Positions 51,248-64,000 of a DNA stretch of 64,000 bases are shown in pieces. Location of the stretch: contig NC_043018.1 of NCBI RefSeq assembly GCF_006345805.1, positions 20,150,001 to 20,214,000 of the forward strand. Direction: 5' to 3'. The notes under the pieces are model-generated. The model was not told the origin of the DNA, did no database searches, and worked only from the letters and a program-made list of their open reading frames with translations. The position numbers and the translations under genes were made by a program. Source of the stretch: Octopus sinensis. Lineage: Eukaryota. Within the stretch, counting starts at the first letter, position 1. Every line of letters starts with the position of its first letter.

Positions 51248-51478
51248 GTGTGTGTGTGTTACAAATACTGTTGTTTGTGGAGACTTATTTTTGTAGTAAA
51301 AGAAATAGTACCCCTTTGACTGCTATTTCTAATATTTTCGGTAAGTGGTTTAAGCAACTTGTTGCAAAAAACCCTTATTATTATAATTATATAATTTCTA
51401 CCGAATATGGTCCTTTTCCATACCGAAATACTACTAGGTGAAATTTATTGATTTTATCAAATTAATTATATTTCACTT

Positions 51479-51510
<32 letters not shown>

Positions 51511-51672
51511 TATATATACTACACTCACGGAGTGGTTGGCGTTAGGAAGGGCATCCAGCTGTAGAAACATTGCCAGATAAGACTGGAGCCTGGTGCAGCT
51601 TTCTGGCTTCCCAGATCCCCGGTCGAACCGTCCAACCCATGCTAGCATGGAGAACGGACGATGATGATGATG

Positions 51673-51707
<35 letters not shown>

Positions 51708-51711
51708 TACA

Positions 51712-54068
51712 CATCATCATCATCATCGTTTAACGTCCGTTTTCCATGCTGGCATGGGTTGGATAGTTCAACTGGGGTCTGGGAAGCCAGGAGGCTGCAC
51801 CAGGCTCCTGTTTCATCTGTCAGTGTTTCTACAGCTGGATGCCCTTCCTAATGCCAACCACTCCGAGAGTGTAGTGGGTACTTTTTTATGTACCACTGGC
51901 ACAGGGGCCGGACGGGGCTGGCATCGACCATGATCAGATGCTGCTATTTACATGCCACTGGCACTGAAGCCAGTCAGGACGGCGCTGGCATTGGCCACAT
52001 TCGGATGGTTCTTTTTACGTGTCACCGGCATGGGGACCACAACTACAATTTCCATTTGATTTGACTTTGATGCACTTGACTCAATAGGTCTCAAGCATGG
52101 CATGTTGCCCTACAATCCAAGGTACTTATGAGTTGGCTGGCTATACAACACTGGTGTAGGTTACAGCTGTGGACTCACTTTATTTGCCGGGTCTTCTCAG
52201 TCACAGCATATCTCCAGAGGTCTTGGTTTTTTGTCATTGCCTCTGTGAGGTCCAACGTGCAATGGTCGTGCTCCACCACCTCATCCCCTGTCTTTCTGGG
52301 TCTCTCTCTATCCCGGATTCCTTCCACTGTTTGAGAGTAGCACTTCTTCACACATCTCTCCTCATCCATCTGTAGTACATGACCATACCTGCGCAGACGT
52401 CTCTCTTGCACGCCACATCCGATGATCCTTATGTCCAACATTTCTCTCAAGGCGCTTACACTCTGTTGTATGTGCACACTGACATTACACATCCAGCAGA
52501 TCATGCTAGCTTCATTTCTTTCAAGCCTACGCATGTCCTCTACAGTCACAGCCCATGTTTCACTACCATGAAGCATGGTAGTTTGCACACATGCGTTGTA
52601 CAATCTACTTTTCACTCTGAGCGAGAGGCCCTTTGTCACCAGTAGGGGTAGGAGCTTTGCCCAGGCTATTCTTATTCTAGTGGTAACATTCTCTGAGCAT
52701 CTACCCCCCACTACAAACTCGGTCACCTAGGTAGTGGAAGCTAGCAACTACTTCTAGTTTCTTCCCCTGGCATGTGATGGAATCTGTTTTCTGAGCATCC
52801 ATGGTGTTTATTGCCCCTGTGCATCTGCTATACATGAAAGCTATCTTCCTGGTTAATCTTCCTTTGATGTTGCTGCACCTTTTATGTGTCCATAGCTTAC
52901 ACTCTGGGTACATCTTATGGAGTTTCTACCAACACCTTTTCTACTGATCGAGCAGGGCCACCTACCTGAAGGGGTGTGTGATGTGTTCACCTTCCTACTT
53001 ACTAGAACTTCGGTCTTTGTGACATTGACTCTAAGGCCCTTCGATTCTAAACCTTGCTTCCACACCTGAAATTTCTTCTCTAGTTCTGGTAGTGATTCTG
53101 CTCTGAGGGCCAGGTCATCAGCATAGAGGAGCTCCCAGGAGCAACCTGTCTTGAATTCCTCTGTTATTGCCTGGAGGACTATGATGATTAAGAGGGGGCT
53201 GAGGGCTGATCCTTGTTGGACCCCTGCTTCTACCCGGAATTCTTCACTGTACTCATTGCCAACCTTAACCTTACTAACGGCATCTCTGTATAGGGCTCAT
53301 ACAGCCATTATTGACTATTCGTCAATCCCCAGTTTCCGCATCACCCACCAGTTAAGGGATCGGGGGACCCTCTCAAAAGCTTTCTCCAAGTTCACAAAAT
53401 CCAAGTATAGGAGTTTATATTTGGCTAGGTATTTCTCCTGCAGTTGCTGTACCAGGAATATTGCATCAGTGGTGCTTCTACCCGGCACAAAACTGAACTG
53501 CATCTCATCTAAGCAGACTCTCTCCCTAATTTGTTGGGCTATGACCCTCTCCGTGACCTTCATCACCTGATCCAGCAGTTTGATACTCCTGTAGTTATTT
53601 CAATCTAAAGCATCACCTTTACCCTTGTAGCAGTTGACTATGGTGCTGCTATGCCAGTCATTGGGTATGACTCCATCATGAACTACCTGGTTTACAATAC
53701 AGGTGAGCCTCCACCAGATGTTCTAAGCATCTCAGCAGTGATTCCTGATGGGCCTGGGGCTTTTCCTGGTTTCATACCTTTAATTGCTTTATCTACCAGG
53801 GTGCCTTCTATTCGGATGGCTGGTCCCTCTGCTGGATCAACATTTAGCAGGTTCTCCCCCTCCCATTCATTCTCCACATTCAGCAGTCTTTCATAATGGC
53901 TTCTCCAAGCCTCTTTCTTTTCCAAATCATTAAAAGCAAGTGAACCATCATCCATACGGACACATTTCTCTCCTGTGACATCACAATTTTCTCTGACACA
54001 CTGTCTTGCAATCCAAAATACTTCAGTTCTTTGGTCCTCGTGTCGCTGGACATTGCAGACTTCTTCTT
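51712..54068 (-). mobile_element. 5'-truncated, frameshifted RTE-clade LINE (RT domain, 3' UTR, (GAT)n tail)
   Basis: Broken ORFs 53692-53955, 53315-53566, 52853-53065, 52701-52913 and 52175-52726 carry RT motifs: KAPGPSGITAEML, QFSFVPGRSTTDAIF, DFVNLEKAFERVPR, ELLYADDL (~53112-53135), FHYLGD, TMLHGSETW. No endonuclease portion seen. Confidence 0.93.
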
Positions 54069-54090
54069 CTTTATATATTTACATATATAA

Positions 54091-54167
<77 letters not shown>

Positions 54168-54766
54168 ATATATATAGGCACACACCCACACCACACACAC
54201 ACACATATATATATACACACACACATATATATACACACACACACATTATATATACACACACACATATATATATACACAAAACCACATATATATATACACA
54301 CATATCGATATACACACACATATAATAACACACACACAATATACACACACACCACACATATATATATAAACACACACACATATATACACACACACCCCAC
54401 ATATATATATATACACACCCATATATATACCACACCATACCCATCTATAATATATATATTTCGATCTTGAAAGGATGGACTTGGTGCAAACTGAACTGTA
54501 TCTATTATTATGACTATTATTATTATTATTAATTATTATTATTATTAATTTAATAGTAATTTTTATTAACTTTCATAGCTTTAGAATTTTATGAACTGAA
54601 CCATGGTTTTAATTATTATTTTTCATCTCCCTATGTAATGAGTATTATATTATATAAGTGTAGCATTATGATGTATAAGTTTTTATATTTTACATTTTTA
54701 ATTTTTATATTTATATGTATATAGTTATATAATATTTTTCACAATTATAACAAATTTAATTTAATT

Positions 54767-54873
54767 CTCTGAAGAGGCCGTGGGGCATCCTTGTTAATGC
54801 TCATTTATACCTGCCTTTATGGCTTAGAGGTTAAATGAGGTATGACTGCCCTCACTGCCGAAACAGCTGTCAG
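54767..54873 (+). ncRNA. Type-I hammerhead motif with long stem II insertion
   Basis: CT-CTGAAGA-GGC(~78 nt)GCC-GAAAC-AGCT-GTC^AG: intact core and the same ACAGCTGT palindrome as at 7.3 kb; stem I only 2 bp. Confidence 0.55.
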
Positions 54874-56221
54874 TTTTGATTTAATTGCATATTATATTTG
54901 AAATTTTTTACTTATATCTCTTTATCTTTTTACTATTACTGTATATCTCATTTTGTATAATGCCTTTACTCATATGTAATGGTGTATTAAAGTATTGATT
55001 GGGTATCATCGGATAGTTGATGTTTTATTGATTTAAGTATGTTTCTCCATTCTCTAATTTTGTAGTATATATATATACACACACACACATTTATATATAT
55101 ATATATACACACACATATATATATATATACACACACAAATATATATATATAATTAAATTCATATATATTATATGCACACCCACAGACTATATATATACAT
55201 ATGTAATCTATGTATGTATACAAACAGCATGACTGTGTGTATATATATATATATATGATATGTTGCAGTTATGTGCACACACTACACGTGTCATTGACTT
55301 TACTATGTATATCCCACCAGCCATGATTATTATACTAAGTATTCCAACCTGGACCCTCCATCCACACTGTGCAAACAAACTAGATTTTAGCTTGTTAATT
55401 CTTCACATTCTTTACAATCTCTGTAATTTGTTACTTCCTGACCGTTCGTTGATCTCACTTCTCTCTTATGTCATTCCTACCCCTCATGTCTATATTGTAG
55501 GTTTGCTGCAAGTGTTATTGCGAGGATGTTCCCTGTTCGTCCCCCCCCCCTCAGCCTGCACTTTCACTTATCTTCCTGCCTCACTTGACCCGCATCTTGG
55601 GACAAACTTCAACCACCCTTCCTCAAGCTTTACTTCCTCCGAGTTGCCGTACTATTCAGTCCACTTACCACACAATTCCCACAAGATTGGTTTCAAATTT
55701 TGGCACATGGCCGGCAATATTATGGAGGAATGGGTGATGAATTGATGACACTGACACCAGTACTCAACTGGTTCTTAGTTTACCGACCCTGAAAAGGATG
55801 AAAGGCAATGTGGACCTTGGCAGAATTTGAACTTGGAACATCAGACAGACGAAGTTTTCTGGGACTTAAGGTGTTGATTTCCCTCAATAGAAATAGTAGC
55901 CCTTTGACTGCTATTTCTAATATTTTTGGTATGTGGTTTAAGCAACTTGTTGCAAAAAACCCTTATTATTATAATTATATAATTTCTACCGAATATGGTC
56001 CTTTTCCATCACTTGACACCCAGTTCACACCTCCTCCCCTACCACTTATCCCAGTTCCCCCTATATGGTTTTGAATAAAGGTCTAAAAAAACCCTTCTGC
56101 TAGAAATATATCCACAAAACCGCTTTTCCCAGCATATGAACCAGGCATTTCATATTACATATGTCATTCTTTGGGATCAAAATCCTTGTCTGTTTTTCCT
56201 TTAGTTCTGTAATTCAGTCCA

Positions 56222-56610
56222 GTGGAGGCGCAATGGCCCAGTGGTTAGGGCAGCGGACTCGCGTTCATAGGATCGCGGTTTCGATTCCCAGACCAGGCGT
56301 TGTGAGTGTTTATTGAGCAAAAACACCTAAAAAAAAAAGCTCCACGAGGCTCTGGCAGGGGATGGAGGTGATCCCTGCTGTACTCTTTCACCACAACTTT
56401 CTCTCACTCTTACTTCCTGTTTCTGTTGTACCTGTATTTCAAGGGGCCGGCCTTGTCACTCTCTGTGTCACGCTGAATATCCCCGAGAACTACGTTAAGG
56501 GTGCACGTGTCTGTGGAGTGCTCAGCCACTTACACGTTAATTTCACGAGCAGGCTGTTCCGTTGATTCGGATCAACCGGAACCCTCATCATCGTAACCGA
56601 CGGAGTGCTT
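56222..56610 (+). mobile_element. SINE family C, full-length copy
   Basis: Close match to 31316-31695. Confidence 0.9.
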
Positions 56611-57585
56611 CCATCCAATTCAGTCTAGCACTATTCCTACTCCCTACTTGCCTAGAAGTTAGCTTTCAGATGCTTTTATGCTTCTGTGGCTCTTATTACA
56701 TTTTCAGATCCTGAACCCTTTGATGCCAATCCACCTGTGACCACCCCTAGTTTATTGATACAAACTTCCTATTTTAACCCATTAGCATTCAGATTACTCC
56801 GTCAAATTCGATGTTTATTTATTCGCATTGTTTTGGATTATTCTTGCATTATCTTGTAGCTTCATGGTTTCAAATGATGTGGTTGTTTACATTTACAAAG
56901 ACATTGTAGGGTAGGTGTGAGAAGCCAGATCCGGCTGGTTTCAACTTAAAACAGATTCAATATCCAGACCAGTTTAAATGACAAAGAGTTGAAGGGTTAA
57001 AATTAAACCTTCCACCAAAATTCCATTCTTTTGTTCTTTTATTTGTTTCAGTCATTTGACTGTGGCCATGCTGGAGCACCACCTTTAGTCGAACAAATCG
57101 ACTCCAGGACTTATTCTTTGTAATCCTAATACTTGTTCTATTGGGCCCTTTTGCAGAACTGCTAAGTTACAGGGATGTAAACACACCAATGTCGGTTGTC
57201 AAGCAATGGTGGGGGGATAAAAACACACACACACACACACAATATATATATATATATATATATAATAAATATTAGGGAATAAATCCAAATTTACAGGGAA
57301 AAAAATCAGATTTAGGATTAAATCCAATTTTATAGTAAAATATTATAAAATATTATTAGAGACAAAACCACTATTTTGCAAAACAAACAAGGAAAGACTT
57401 AATCAATACATAAAATTTTTTTTTGACTATTTATTAAAATTTTATGTATTGATTAAGTCTTTCCTTGTTTGTTTTGCAAAATAGTGGTTTTGTCTCTAAT
57501 AATATTTTATATATATATAATATATACACTCACACGCACATATACACACACACACACACACATATAATACATACACACAACACAC

Positions 57586-57628
<43 letters not shown>

Positions 57629-60600
57629 TAGTTAAATCCAAACAAGAAAAACACAGCAACGCGAGGACCTGGAACAATTAAAGTATTATTTGACGCTCAG
57701 GAAAGGAGGGAAACACACACACACACATACATATACAATGGGCTAAGGCTTTGGTTGGCCCAAGGCTATAGTAAAAGACACTTGCCTAAGGTACCACACA
57801 GTGGGACTGAACCGGGAACCATGTGGTTGAGAAGCAAGCTTCTTACCACTCAGCCACTCCTGCGCCTGTTCCAAACACCAATTTAATAATAACAAAGTTG
57901 TTTTACTAAATTCTACATTATTTACAAAATTAATTGAAACGAAGGTTTTGGTAACAAAAGCGCTGACTCAGTCGGAACTGCCCCTGGTCCTATGACACAA
58001 ACTTTCTGTTTTAAAGGGATTGAAATTAAAACATCCATGAAAATATCATTGTTAATTAATGTTCTAAACGATGCCAGCTTAATAAGAATATATTTATCTT
58101 ACTGAATCTTTCATTATCTTCGGAACTGATTGAAATATAAGAAGTGCATTCAACAGGAACCTGATAACAGAAGGGTCAAAGTCGAACCGTATTGATTTTC
58201 TAGCTTTTCCATTTTCATTGTCTTGTTTTCGACTTTAGAATTAGGTGCCATGTGGAAGCTGGTTGTTTTTGATGTAACTCAAAGCTTTCCTTTCACAAAA
58301 TTTTTCACCAGTTCCACTGGTTATTGTATCAGAATCTTTGGTTTCACAGCTTTTCTTTTTTTCTTTTCTTTCGCAGTCAGCTGCTAGCAGTTGGTCTTAA
58401 TTTCCTAATAGCAACATTTCTTGTGTGCTCTGTCACACCAGAAAGAATAATTCCTATCATGAATTCTATGACACATTACAATCAGCACATCTTATCAACT
58501 GTATAAGAATTCTGAATACTTATAGAGAATTACAGAGAATTCTATACAAATTAAGAATTCCTAATTACTTTCTTAATGCGATAAATTCATTTTGTAATTG
58601 GAAAAAATGTTGTTGGTGTTTACGTATATTTTTGGTTTGAAGTAAAAATCAGTGTTTGGGTTTAAGCGTGAAGTGGTTTCTGAAAGAATCTGTAGCAGAG
58701 ATTCTATTGTTTTTTTCTACCTTTCCTTTCAATTTTTTCTTCAGCACCAACAATCATTCAACAATAGATATTTTAGTTTTGAATAATAATCATCATCATC
58801 ATCATCATTGTTTAACATCCGCTTTCCATGCTAGCATGGGTTGGACGATTTTGACTGAGGGCTGGCGAACCAGATGGCTGCACCAGGCTCCAATCTTGAT
58901 TTGGCAGAGTTTCTACAGCTGGATGCCCTTCCTAATGCCAACCACTCCATGTGTGTAGTGGGTGCTTTTTACGTGCCACCAGCACGGAAGCCAGTCACGG
59001 TGGTGCTGGCATCGACCACGTACGGATGGTGCTTTTTACCTGCCACCGGCACAGGTGCCAGGGGAGGCTGGCAACGGCCACAATCGGTTGGTGCTAATAA
59101 TAATAATAATAATTTTTTCTACTATAGGCATGAGGCCTGAAAATTTTGGGGCGGTGGAAGGGGTCGACTGGTTAATTACATCGACCCCAGTGCATAACTG
59201 GTATTTATTTCATTGACTCTTAAAAGGATGAAAGGAAAAGTTGACCTTGCCGGAGGCTGATCCTTATGCCGCTTGACTGGCTCCCATGCTGGTGGCACGC
59301 AGTAAGTACCATTCATACGTGGGTCATTGCCAGGGCTGCTTGACTGGCTCCCCGTGCCAGTGGAATGTAAAAAGTACCATCCGAATGTGGTCGATGCCAG
59401 CCCCCCCCCCCCGCCCTGACTGGCTTCCGTGCTGGTAGCATGTAAAAAGCACCATCTGAACATGGCCGATGCCAATGCCATCTGACTGGCTCCTGTTTGT
59501 GTTTGTCCCCCCACAATCGCTTGACAACAGATGTTGGTGTTTTTACATCCCTGTAACTTAGCGGTTCAGTAAAAGAGACTTATAGAATAAGTACTAGGCT
59601 TACAAAGAGGTCCTGGGGTTTATTAGTAAGTCCAGTACTTATTCTATTGGTCTCTTCCCAAACCGCTAAGTTATGAGGACGTAAACACACCAACATCGGT
59701 TGTCAAGTGATGGTGTGGGGAACAAACAAAGACACACAAGCATACACACACACACATATGCAATGGGCTTCTTTCAGTTTCCGCCTACCAAATCCACTCA
59801 CAAGGCTGTTGTCGGTCTGAGGCTATAGTAAAAGACACCTGCCCAAGGTGCCCCGCAGTGGGACTGAACCCAGAACCATGTAGTTGGTAAGCAAACTACT
59901 TACCACACAGCCACTCCTACACTTATGTAGACAAAAATTTATAGAATCTCCTATCTGTAATTTTTCAGATACAACTTGGATTATATAACTCCTTCTATAT
60001 GCTATGTGTGTGTGTGTTTGTCTCTCCCACGACCACCACTGCTTGGCAATGAGTGTTGGTTTGTTTATTCATCTCTAAATAAGTGGTTCAGAAAAGGAAC
60101 CCAATGGAATAAGTATCGGGGCTTAAAATAGAAAAAACAAAAATTAAATAATAAAAATAATTAAAAAAACACGGACTTGGGGGTCATTTCATTCGGATTG
60201 ACCTTTCAATGCGTTGCCCCAGTATTTTCGCCACAGTCGAATGGCTGAAACAATTCAAAGGTGAAAAAAAAAACAAAAAAAAAAAAAACCCCAGATAAGT
60301 CACTAGGTAAATTTTTCCTCCTGAAAAATTACCATGTCATAAATAACGAAGTCGACGATAATTATCTGTAAAAGTTTTTAAGTAAATAGCAAACAGCATT
60401 ATAATTAACCAACATAATATATTCTCAAGAGGTTCTGATAGTTTTGCTGGTTTTATTTTTAATGGTGTTCTTTGAATATTTTAGACATGCTTTGCATGCG
60501 GAAGAGAGAAGAGAGTAAATGGTGAAGTTTAACAAGTTTACTCTGATACAAACAACACATTCTGCAAGAGAACTAATGTGATTTTTTTTTTATCTCCAAA

Positions 60601-60879
60601 ACAGAAAGGTTTCTTCTCATTGTTTTTTTTTTTTTTGTTTACTCTAATATCTATTTACAGCATTAGTTGTCTGTTCAAAAGACACTTTTTTTTTTCTCAT
60701 TTTTTTTTTTTTTCTAAAACTTGGTGCTCTCTGCAATTACAAGAATTCATTTGTAACAGTTCCTCTTCTCTCTCTGTCTCTCTCTCTCTCTCTCTAAATT
60801 ATGTAGATTCAGACAATTATTTCCCATAAGTATTATGTCTCCGCAGTTATCTTTCACATTTTTTTGTTTCCATATTGCT

Positions 60880-61545
60880 ATCAGTGTTTTAAATCAGCAC
60901 TATTTATCTCTACTAAATTGTCTATAATAGACAACACTCATTTAAATTATCTCTCTACACTGCTCTGCAAAATTTTCTCTCCACAATGGCCAACACTCTC
61001 CTATCTCTCTACAATAGACAACACTTTACAAAATTATCTCTCTACACTACACTACAAAATTTTCTTTCTACAAAAGACAATACTCATTAAAATTATCTGC
61101 CTACAATGGACAGTACTCTACAAAATTATCTGCCTACAATGGAGAGTACTCTACAAAACTGTTTGCCTACAATGAGTACTGAACTACAAAATTTTCTCTC
61201 TACAATTTACAAAATTATCTCTCTACACTACACTACAAAATTTTCTTTCTACAAAAGACAATACTCATTAAAATTATCTGCCTACAATGGAGAGTACTCT
61301 ACAAAACTGTTCGCCTACAATGAGTACTGAACTACAAAATTTTCTCTCTACAATTTACAAAATTATCTCTCTACACTACACTACAAAATTTTCTTTCTAC
61401 AAAAGACAATACTCATTAAAATTATCTGCCTACAATGGAGAGTACTCTACAAAACTGCCTACAATGAGTACTGAACTACAAAATTTTCTCTCTACAATGG
61501 ACAACACTCTACAAAATTGTCTCTCTACATTAAGCAATACTCTCT
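60880..61545. repeat. Minisatellite of ~33-bp ctctacaaaatt-type subunits arranged in 148/181-bp blocks
   Basis: tttacaaaattatctctctacactacac recurs at 61025, 61206 and 61354. Confidence 0.85.
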
Positions 61546-62026
61546 AATTCTTCTTTATTCACCTGTCCATGATATATATATATGTATGTGTGTGTGTATC
61601 TTTGTATATGTGATTGTCTCCCACCACTGCTTGACAACCGGTGTTGGTCTGTTTACGTCCCTATAACTTGGTGATTCAACAAAAGAGATTAATAGAAAAA
61701 AATAAGTACTGGGGTCGAGTCATTTTACTAAAATCTCTTAAGGCGGTGCCCCAGCATGACCACAGTCTAATAACAAAAACAAATAAAAGATAACGTGCAC
61801 AAAAAGAAAAGAAACCTAATCCGCCCCCTAAAACTGTAATCCAGCTCCATGAGCAGCGTATCTGATCTTTTCTTTAAGTGCAGTGGCCTTCTCAACCATA
61901 TCTAATTACAGGAGACTACAATATAAGGTTGCTTTCATTTGCTGTCTTCTCTATTGAAGCAGGGAGATAAATATTATCAGGTTTTTATCCCTAATCTCAA
62001 TCATGTTTCTTGGTGAAAAGTAATAA

Positions 62027-62606
62027 TAACAAGAGCACTGATAGAGTGCAAATCTCCGCTAAGGCAACACCAATGTCCTCTCAATGATTAGTTGGAGATT
62101 ATTTTAAAATAATTTCGGAGATGTACTTGCATAGCGAGTAACTTGATCCGAGATCGTGTGCTCGAACGAAAACAATTGCAGCGTAGAAGGTGTTTATAAG
62201 TCATTTAAGAAACGCACAAAAATCGTTAGATTCACTTCAGCATTTAAATTTAATTTGTCAAAATATTTTCGTCACTTTGAGACCGAGATCTGTTCACTGA
62301 CAAAACTTCGTGCTGCATCTGTTGTTTTTAAATAAGAATATCTGAAATAAACTCAGCTGCTCTCATAAACGAGAATACTAAAAATGAACTTGACTGCTCT
62401 CAAAAATTAAGTAAAAGAACAGGAAAAATAATCCAGAATCCTTGTCCAGTACCGGATCGACCCCAAAATCTTCTCAGTTCGTGCCAGTTATGAGGTCAAA
62501 CATCCCTGAAAGTTTCATCTGAATCCATTCAGTGGTTGTTGAGATATCTTGTCTATAGACAAACAAACAAACACAAATGAAAACAATACCTCTAGGGCAG
62601 AGGTAA
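62027..62606 (-). mobile_element. Helentron-associated non-autonomous element (HINE/DINE-1-like)
   Basis: Ends taacaagagc... and ...aaaacaatacctctagggcagaggtaa; subterminal inverted motif (atctccgct / gggcagaggt); internal (TTTG)n; T-rich insertion context. Assigned from recalled family architecture. Confidence 0.6.
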
Positions 62607-63454
62607 TAATAATCATTTCTACCATAGGCACAAGGCCTGAAATACGAGAAGGAGGACAGATGAATACATTGACCCCAGTACACAACCATTACTTATTTTA
62701 TTGACCCTGAAAGGATGATAGGCAAAGTTGACCTCAGTGGAATTTGAACTCGGAATGTAAAGACTGGTGAAATATTGCTAAGCATTTTGCTCTGCATGCT
62801 AACAATTCTGCCAGTTCACCACCTTAAATAATAGCAATAACAATAATAATAATCCTCTCCATTATATGCACAAGGCCTGAAATTTTTGTGGGAGGGGATA
62901 AGTTGATTATATCGATCTCGGTGCATAACTGGTACTTATTTCATTAACCCAGGTGTTGGAGTGGCTGTGCGGTAAGTAGCTTGCTTATGAGCCACAAGGT
63001 TCCAGGTTCAGTCCCACTGCATTGCACCTTGGGCAAGTGTCTTCTGCTATAGCCTCGGGCCGACCAAAACCTTGTGACTGGATTTGGTAGACAGAAACTG
63101 AAAGAAGCCCGTCGTATATATGTATATACATATGTGTGTATGTATATGTTTGTGTGTCTGTGTTTGTCCCCCCAACATCGCTTGACAACTGATGCTGGTG
63201 TGTTTATGTCTCTATAACTTAGCGGTTCGGCAAAAGAGACCGATAGAATAAGTTCTAGTCGATTTTCTCGACTAAAGGAAGTGCTTCAGCGTGGCCACAG
63301 TCAAATGACTAAAACAAGTAACAGAGTAAAAGAGTTAACCCCTAAAGGATGAAAAGCAAAGTCGACCTCAGTGGAATTTGAAATCAGAACGTAAGAACAA
63401 GCAAAAGGCCACTAAGTATTTTGTGAATGATTCTGCCAGCTTGCCACCTTAGTT

Positions 63455-63670
63455 ACCTTCCCGAGTCATGCTGACTCGTAAGGGCTGCTTTCCCAGTTTC
63501 TGTGGCATATAAATTCCCCACTTGGAAGGGGACGCCGGTTCCTCATCGGATTACCAATTCTTGCCAGCTGAGTGGACTGAAGCAATGTGAAATGAAGTGT
63601 CTTGCTCAAGAACACAACACATGACTTGACCTCGGAATCAAAACCACACTCTTACAATCATGAGTCTGGT
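63455..63670 (-). mobile_element. Decayed CORE-type SINE
   Basis: Minus strand has a tRNA-like B box (gttttgattcc) followed by gttgtgttcttgagcaagacac, a CORE-domain-like motif. A relative lies at ~26805-26960. Confidence 0.5.
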
Positions 63671-64000
63671 GATGGCAACTCCTCACCTGCCTTGAATCGG
63701 GAATGATGGAGTCGACTTTTCTTTTCACATCCACGTTGTTGCACTTTTATTACGATCGTCTAACGATGAAGGTATTAATTAGAAGAGGTAATGATGTCGA
63801 TATTAATTAATATTATTTGACAGTGACAGTAGTAACTCTAGTTTCTTCATCATGTGAGCCCCTGGACCTCTGGTCATGTAGCATCTTTCTCACATGCACA
63901 CATGTGGACATGCACGCAAACAGACATGCATGTGCTCAGACACACATATATACATACACACACATATACATATGCACACACACTCTGGAGACATGCACGC

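Overview
AT-rich, microsatellite-saturated eukaryotic DNA. The tRNA-derived SINEs and RTE tails look like those of an octopus genome; the species is my inference, not checked. There is a 100-N assembly gap at 24180-24279. The only confidently recognised host gene is MGAT2 (GlcNAc-transferase II): one plus-strand coding exon, CDS 41982-42572, ending at a phase-0 GT donor. No downstream exons were found in the window. A CpG-rich promoter-like region lies at about 22.3-23.6 kb. The rest is mostly transposon-derived: at least three SINE families, a 5'-truncated RTE LINE with an RT-embedded PHD-type finger, other LINE fragments, decayed Tigger and mariner transposases, hAT/piggyBac/palindromic MITEs, two Helitron copies, a Helentron-associated element and several minisatellites. 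Almost all ORF-track entries are microsatellite artefacts. The most interesting signal is nine minimal type-I hammerhead-ribozyme motifs at six loci, from about five sequence families, of the kind known from Penelope-like elements. Three pairs sit in outward-pointing inverted arms, and one pair brackets a tRNA-Arg(ACG)-derived head (48161-48531). All alignments and foldings were done by eye.
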